A stretch of 64,000 nucleotides of DNA from Candidatus Poseidoniaceae archaeon. GTDB lineage: Archaea; Thermoplasmatota; Poseidoniia; Poseidoniales; Poseidoniaceae. Position numbers and translations under genes: made by a program. The stretch is from contig JBJLBB010000006.1 of the NCBI GenBank assembly GCA_045568435.1, forward strand, positions 141,382 through 205,381. Direction: 5' to 3'. Shown piece by piece: positions 60,392-64,000 of the stretch; position 1 is the stretch's first letter; the number at the start of each line of letters is the position of its first letter. The notes beneath the pieces were generated by a model, which worked only from the letters and a program-made list of their open reading frames with translations, was not told the DNA's origin and did no database searches.

Positions 60392-61434
60392 ATGGAGATT
60401 GTGGGCAATATCGAGTATCGGAAACTACAGGTTACTGGTGGTTCTACATTCATTGTTAGCCTGCCAAAAAAATGGATCAGAAATAACGGTCTGTCGTCCG
60501 GAGACGTAGTAGGGGTAGAATGTTTAGCAAGTGGGGAAGTACAAATTACTCCTCACGAAGTAAAACAAAATAAACGCAGAGTATCTATTGACTTAAGCAA
60601 GTTCCCTAAAAGTGCGCTTTACGATTACCTTGTTGGCGCATATGTTTGCGGGGCTGATGTGATTACTATCACGATGAAAGATGGAATCCCAATTCAACAA
60701 AAAAGAATCATTAGAAGATTTCTTAGAGATACAAGAGGAATGGAGGTATCAGAAGATGAAGTTAAGAAAATATCGATTGTTTCACTACTAAATCCAAATG
60801 AATTGCCACTACAAACAAGTTTGAATCGAATGTATTTACTAGTAACAAGTTTGGTAGAAGATACACTGGGAGTACTTGCTGGGGACGATAAGGATATTAT
60901 TTCTGATTATGAAGACAGGGAACGGCAAATTGATGCTAGACGTTTACTTATCCATCGGCAAGTTGCTATGGCCCTACATTCGCCACAAATTGAAAGGGGT
61001 TTGGGTATTGATAGATATCAAGCTATGGAGCATGCAATCATGGCCAATTACTTAGAAAGGATGGGCGATCACGCGCAAACCTTTGCTAGTTTAGTTGATG
61101 GTGACCGAAACCATAAGATTGATTTTGTCGGAAAGTCAACTGCCAATGGCAGCGATACCAATATGGTTATCTTCACTTAGGAGCGATTATAAGAAACACA
61201 TACTCAAAAGATATTTCTGTCCTAATAAAAGCAAAACAAGACTTGACTAAAGCAACTGCCGATTTAGAGCATCATGAGAACGAATTGATGTCTTCACGGG
61301 CACGCGCAACCAGTGTTCTTTCTGAATTTAGAATATCTGAAATCGTTAGAAGATTATGTGGATATAGTATAGACCTTACAGAGACTCTAATCAATATGCT
61401 TATTGCAGGTAAGACCGAGGCCTATGGTAAGTAG
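60392..61434 (+). pseudogene. phoU: AbrB-PhoU archaeal phosphate uptake regulator, interrupted by two frameshifts (~61100 and ~61180)
   Basis: RKLQVTGGSTFIVSLPKKW (AbrB) and ERMGDHA. The protein continues in shifted frames as QLPMAAIPIWLSSLR, then AIIRNTYSKDISVLIKAKQDL...RRLCGYSIDLTE. GGAGGTG precedes ATG 60392. Confidence 0.8.
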
Positions 61435-61442
61435 GTGAGAAT

Positions 61443-62120
61443 ATGGTGCCGCCAATAAGAACAAATTTAGATAGTCGAATGAATACACTAAGGTCAGCGA
61501 TTTCTGACTTCTTTGGTTCAATCATTTCATCATACAATTTAGCAGTCAATGGAATAAAAAATTTCAATGAAGGGGACTTAAAAGAAATTTACAAATTAAG
61601 AAAAAGTGCTCAAAGACAAGCCGAGCATCTCTCACAAGATTTACTATTAGTGCTAACTCTTAACCAGCCCCTATTACAAGATTTGAGGATCATTGCTTCA
61701 TATCTAAGGGGCGTAGACGTAATTGAAAGACTCGCTCGTCATGCAAGAGATATCGCTGATGCACAGACTCTATGGCATGATATTGAAAATACTGATACGC
61801 CTCTGTTATCCGAATTATCCTCACTTGGGCATGAGACAGTAGCATTGATTGAAATAATGCGTGATTGCCTGGTAGACGAAAAAGGGGTGCCTGAAGAGTT
61901 GTTGAAAGAAAAGTGGATGTCTATTTCCGAATTATTTTCTAATATTTCAACCGAAATACTTGAAGTTCAAGGTCAATCTATCGGCGGCCGCGAAGGGAGA
62001 ATTTTGCTTAATACCATGGCTAAACGATTTGAACGCTCATCATATAATTTGATGAGGCTTGCAGACTTATGGCATTATGCGCTTGAAAACGAATGGATAC
62101 ATCTAGAATCTGTAGCATAA
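61443..62120 (+). CDS. phoU: PhoU-domain protein
   Basis: LNQPLLQDLRII...DVIERLARHARDIA and a second repeat KRFERSSYN. AGGTGA upstream. Confidence 0.8.
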   Translation: MVPPIRTNLDSRMNTLRSAISDFFGSIISSYNLAVNGIKNFNEGDLKEIYKLRKSAQRQAEHLSQDLLLVLTLNQPLLQDLRIIASYLRGVDVIERLARHARDIADAQTLWHDIENTDTPLLSELSSLGHETVALIEIMRDCLVDEKGVPEELLKEKWMSISELFSNISTEILEVQGQSIGGREGRILLNTMAKRFERSSYNLMRLADLWHYALENEWIHLESVA

Positions 62121-62710
62121 CGCCGGCAAGAGGGATTGAATTGGGTTATGGGTTAGAAATCGAACGTAGATTCTTTGTGGACGGCAGGGATTCAAAGCCA
62201 TGGCGGAATGTACCAAATCTGTCTAAGATAACGCAGTTTTATTTGGATATTGATTTATTCGAGATAGGGAATTTACAACTTTTTTACGATTCTATTCCAA
62301 TAGTGCCAATAAGTAAGTCGGAGGATAATTTAATCAGCAAAGAGAACTTCTCAAGTGCAAGATTAAGATTTATTGACGACAAGATTATTTTGAGTATAAA
62401 AGGGAAAAAAAATTACGATACTGCAATGGAGTTTGAATGGGAATTATCAGAAAAACCTAGAGGCATTAACCTCGATGATTATCCCTTCGTTGAGAAAACT
62501 CGATACTTTTGGCCCAATAAAGATGGTTTGACATGGGAGATTGATGAGTTTGAAGGGGGGTTGGCCGGCTTGGTTTTAGCCGAAGTCGAATTACATGATT
62601 CTACACAGATTGTTGAAATTCCAGAATGGGCCGGTTCTGAAATTACCGGATTGCCAGGATGGTCTAATTCCGCTTTAGCGAAGACTATTGAATCGTTTAA
62701 ACAGGATTAA
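62093..62710 (+). CDS. CYTH/triphosphate-tunnel metalloenzyme
   Basis: EIERRF (ExExK-like), RLR, EFEW, VEKTRY, WEIDEF.G...GLVLAEVEL, P.W.G.EITG and SN..LA. The true start is probably near 62141. Confidence 0.88.
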   Translation: MDTSRICSITPARGIELGYGLEIERRFFVDGRDSKPWRNVPNLSKITQFYLDIDLFEIGNLQLFYDSIPIVPISKSEDNLISKENFSSARLRFIDDKIILSIKGKKNYDTAMEFEWELSEKPRGINLDDYPFVEKTRYFWPNKDGLTWEIDEFEGGLAGLVLAEVELHDSTQIVEIPEWAGSEITGLPGWSNSALAKTIESFKQD

Positions 62711-63803
62711 ATGAATTTACGGCCGAAATTATTCTTTCAATTTCTGAATCTTTTAATTCATGCATTACCGGAATAGCAACTAAAGATTTGGCTAGGTGAT
62801 TTGTGTTAGCTAGTTCCACTTGATGTTGCGGATGCTCAGCAAACAGTTGTTGTTTGTGGCAAGGGATTTGGTAATACCTGCGGGCATCAATTGCATATTG
62901 ATCAAGGTGTTCAACTAACTGGTTAGGATACTTTGTTGAAAGGCAATACTGATGCCAAGCATGTCTAGTGTTCGGCCTTACCTTTGGAGTTACTAAAAAC
63001 GGGTGATTGGTAAATTGTTCAGTATACCTATTAGCGATATTCCTGCGCCGTTCTACCCATTTATCGAGTTGTTTTAATTGCTCAATTCCAATTGCAGCAG
63101 ATACTTCTGACATTCTCAGATTACTCCCCAATTGCATAGATTCTAAACTTGGCGACCTGCCATGGTTTATTACTCCGTGAACCAGTTGACTCAGCTCTTT
63201 TCTCGTAGTAGTTAACATGCCACCTTCGCCACCCACTGCCATATTTTTCGATGGGAAGAATGAGAAGCACCCTATATCACCTAATGAACCAGATTTACTT
63301 TCTTCGCCATTTGAGCCAATAAATGATGCTCCATGAGCCTGTGCTGCATCCTCAATTAAGTAAATTGAATTATTTTTACAAAGATGAATTATCTCTGGAT
63401 TGTAAATCTGTCCGTAGATATGTACGGCAATTACAGCTTTCGTTTTGCTAGTCAACGCATTTTTAATTGAATGAAAATCAATACACCAAAAATCTTCTTC
63501 AACATCTACAAAAACTGGGGTTGCACCGACCAAGGAAATTGCCGTAACTGTCGATATGAATGTGTATGATGGCACTATCACTTCGTCTCCTGGACCAATG
63601 TTCAAAATCTTTAGAGCTGCCCATAGTGAGGAGGACCCATTTTGACAGGGTGCTGCAGATTCTGCGCCGCAATAAGTAGCAAATAATTCGCCGAATTCTC
63701 TGCCTTTAGCACCTTTAACCCACTGCCTAGAGTCCAGGGTTTCAATAGCTGCATTCCTCATCTCTTCTGTCCATGAGGGCCTTGCTGTTGGAATCCTGTC
63801 CAT
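62697..63803 (-). CDS. DegT/DnrJ/EryC1/StrS nucleotide-sugar aminotransferase
   Basis: GPGDEVIVPSYTFIST, IEDAAQAHGA, FSFFPSKNM..GGEGG and G.NLRMSE. Confidence 0.93.
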   Translation of the reverse strand: MDRIPTARPSWTEEMRNAAIETLDSRQWVKGAKGREFGELFATYCGAESAAPCQNGSSSLWAALKILNIGPGDEVIVPSYTFISTVTAISLVGATPVFVDVEEDFWCIDFHSIKNALTSKTKAVIAVHIYGQIYNPEIIHLCKNNSIYLIEDAAQAHGASFIGSNGEESKSGSLGDIGCFSFFPSKNMAVGGEGGMLTTTRKELSQLVHGVINHGRSPSLESMQLGSNLRMSEVSAAIGIEQLKQLDKWVERRRNIANRYTEQFTNHPFLVTPKVRPNTRHAWHQYCLSTKYPNQLVEHLDQYAIDARRYYQIPCHKQQLFAEHPQHQVELANTNHLAKSLVAIPVMHELKDSEIERIISAVNSFNPV

Positions 63804-63840
63804 GGTTCGGCTAGAGCATTATCACCTAAGAGTATGTGTA

Positions 63841-64000
63841 TTAATCACCTAAAGTTCCGTATAATTCAATACCATTGACATAATTAGGCTCGTTAATGGT
63901 GTCCGATGATGGGACGCTCAATTCCAATGAACTGGGGGTGGGCGAAATGGGCTCTGAACCAAATTTGGCGGAGCTTGTAGGCGATATATTGTCAGTGGAC
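63841..64000 (-). CDS. 3' end of a CDS entering from beyond the window
   Basis: Open frame ...SPTPSSLELSVPSSDTINEPNYVNGIELYGTLGD* ending at 63841. Confidence 0.45.
   Translation of the reverse strand, partial: STDNISPTSSAKFGSEPISPTPSSLELSVPSSDTINEPNYVNGIELYGTLGD

Noticed and set aside
61243-61434. Independent 63-aa gene
   Set aside because: It is the frameshifted C-terminus of the AbrB-PhoU regulator.

Overview
This is an archaeal chromosomal fragment of roughly 40% GC with acidic proteins. GatE, MCM, archaeal DnaG, a group II chaperonin, Pth2 and an archaeal pilin sit alongside bacterial-type purM/purN/purH. That mix is most consistent with Marine Group II Thermoplasmatota (Ca. Poseidoniales); the taxonomy is an inference. 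The left 38 kb is mostly housekeeping. It also holds a probable cobalamin-uptake pair, tandem Pth2 paralogs, a PIN-less PINA-type ATPase, a divergent chaperonin and surface-glycan genes. About 38.2-62.7 kb is a ~24.5 kb phosphate-starvation island. Its transport part is an unusual Pst system: PstC and PstA with very large extracellular insertions carrying DxDxDG repeats, PstB with a TerB-like N-terminus, a double-domain PstS and a second PstS. It also has two PhoU regulators, a CYTH protein, a tandem thymidylate-kinase-like pair (candidate polyphosphate enzyme) and a ParB/SerK-like protein. Secreted components are a 1488-aa phosphatase-like protein with nested domain insertions and two LTD-bearing proteins (a pilin and a lipoprotein). 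The most striking element is a PlcP-type phospholipase coupled to a glycosyltransferase, suggesting phospholipid-to-glycolipid remodelling in an archaeon. Four island genes carry frameshifts (assembly error or decay), and I saw none elsewhere. I recognised no rRNA, tRNA, CRISPR array, integrase or transposase.
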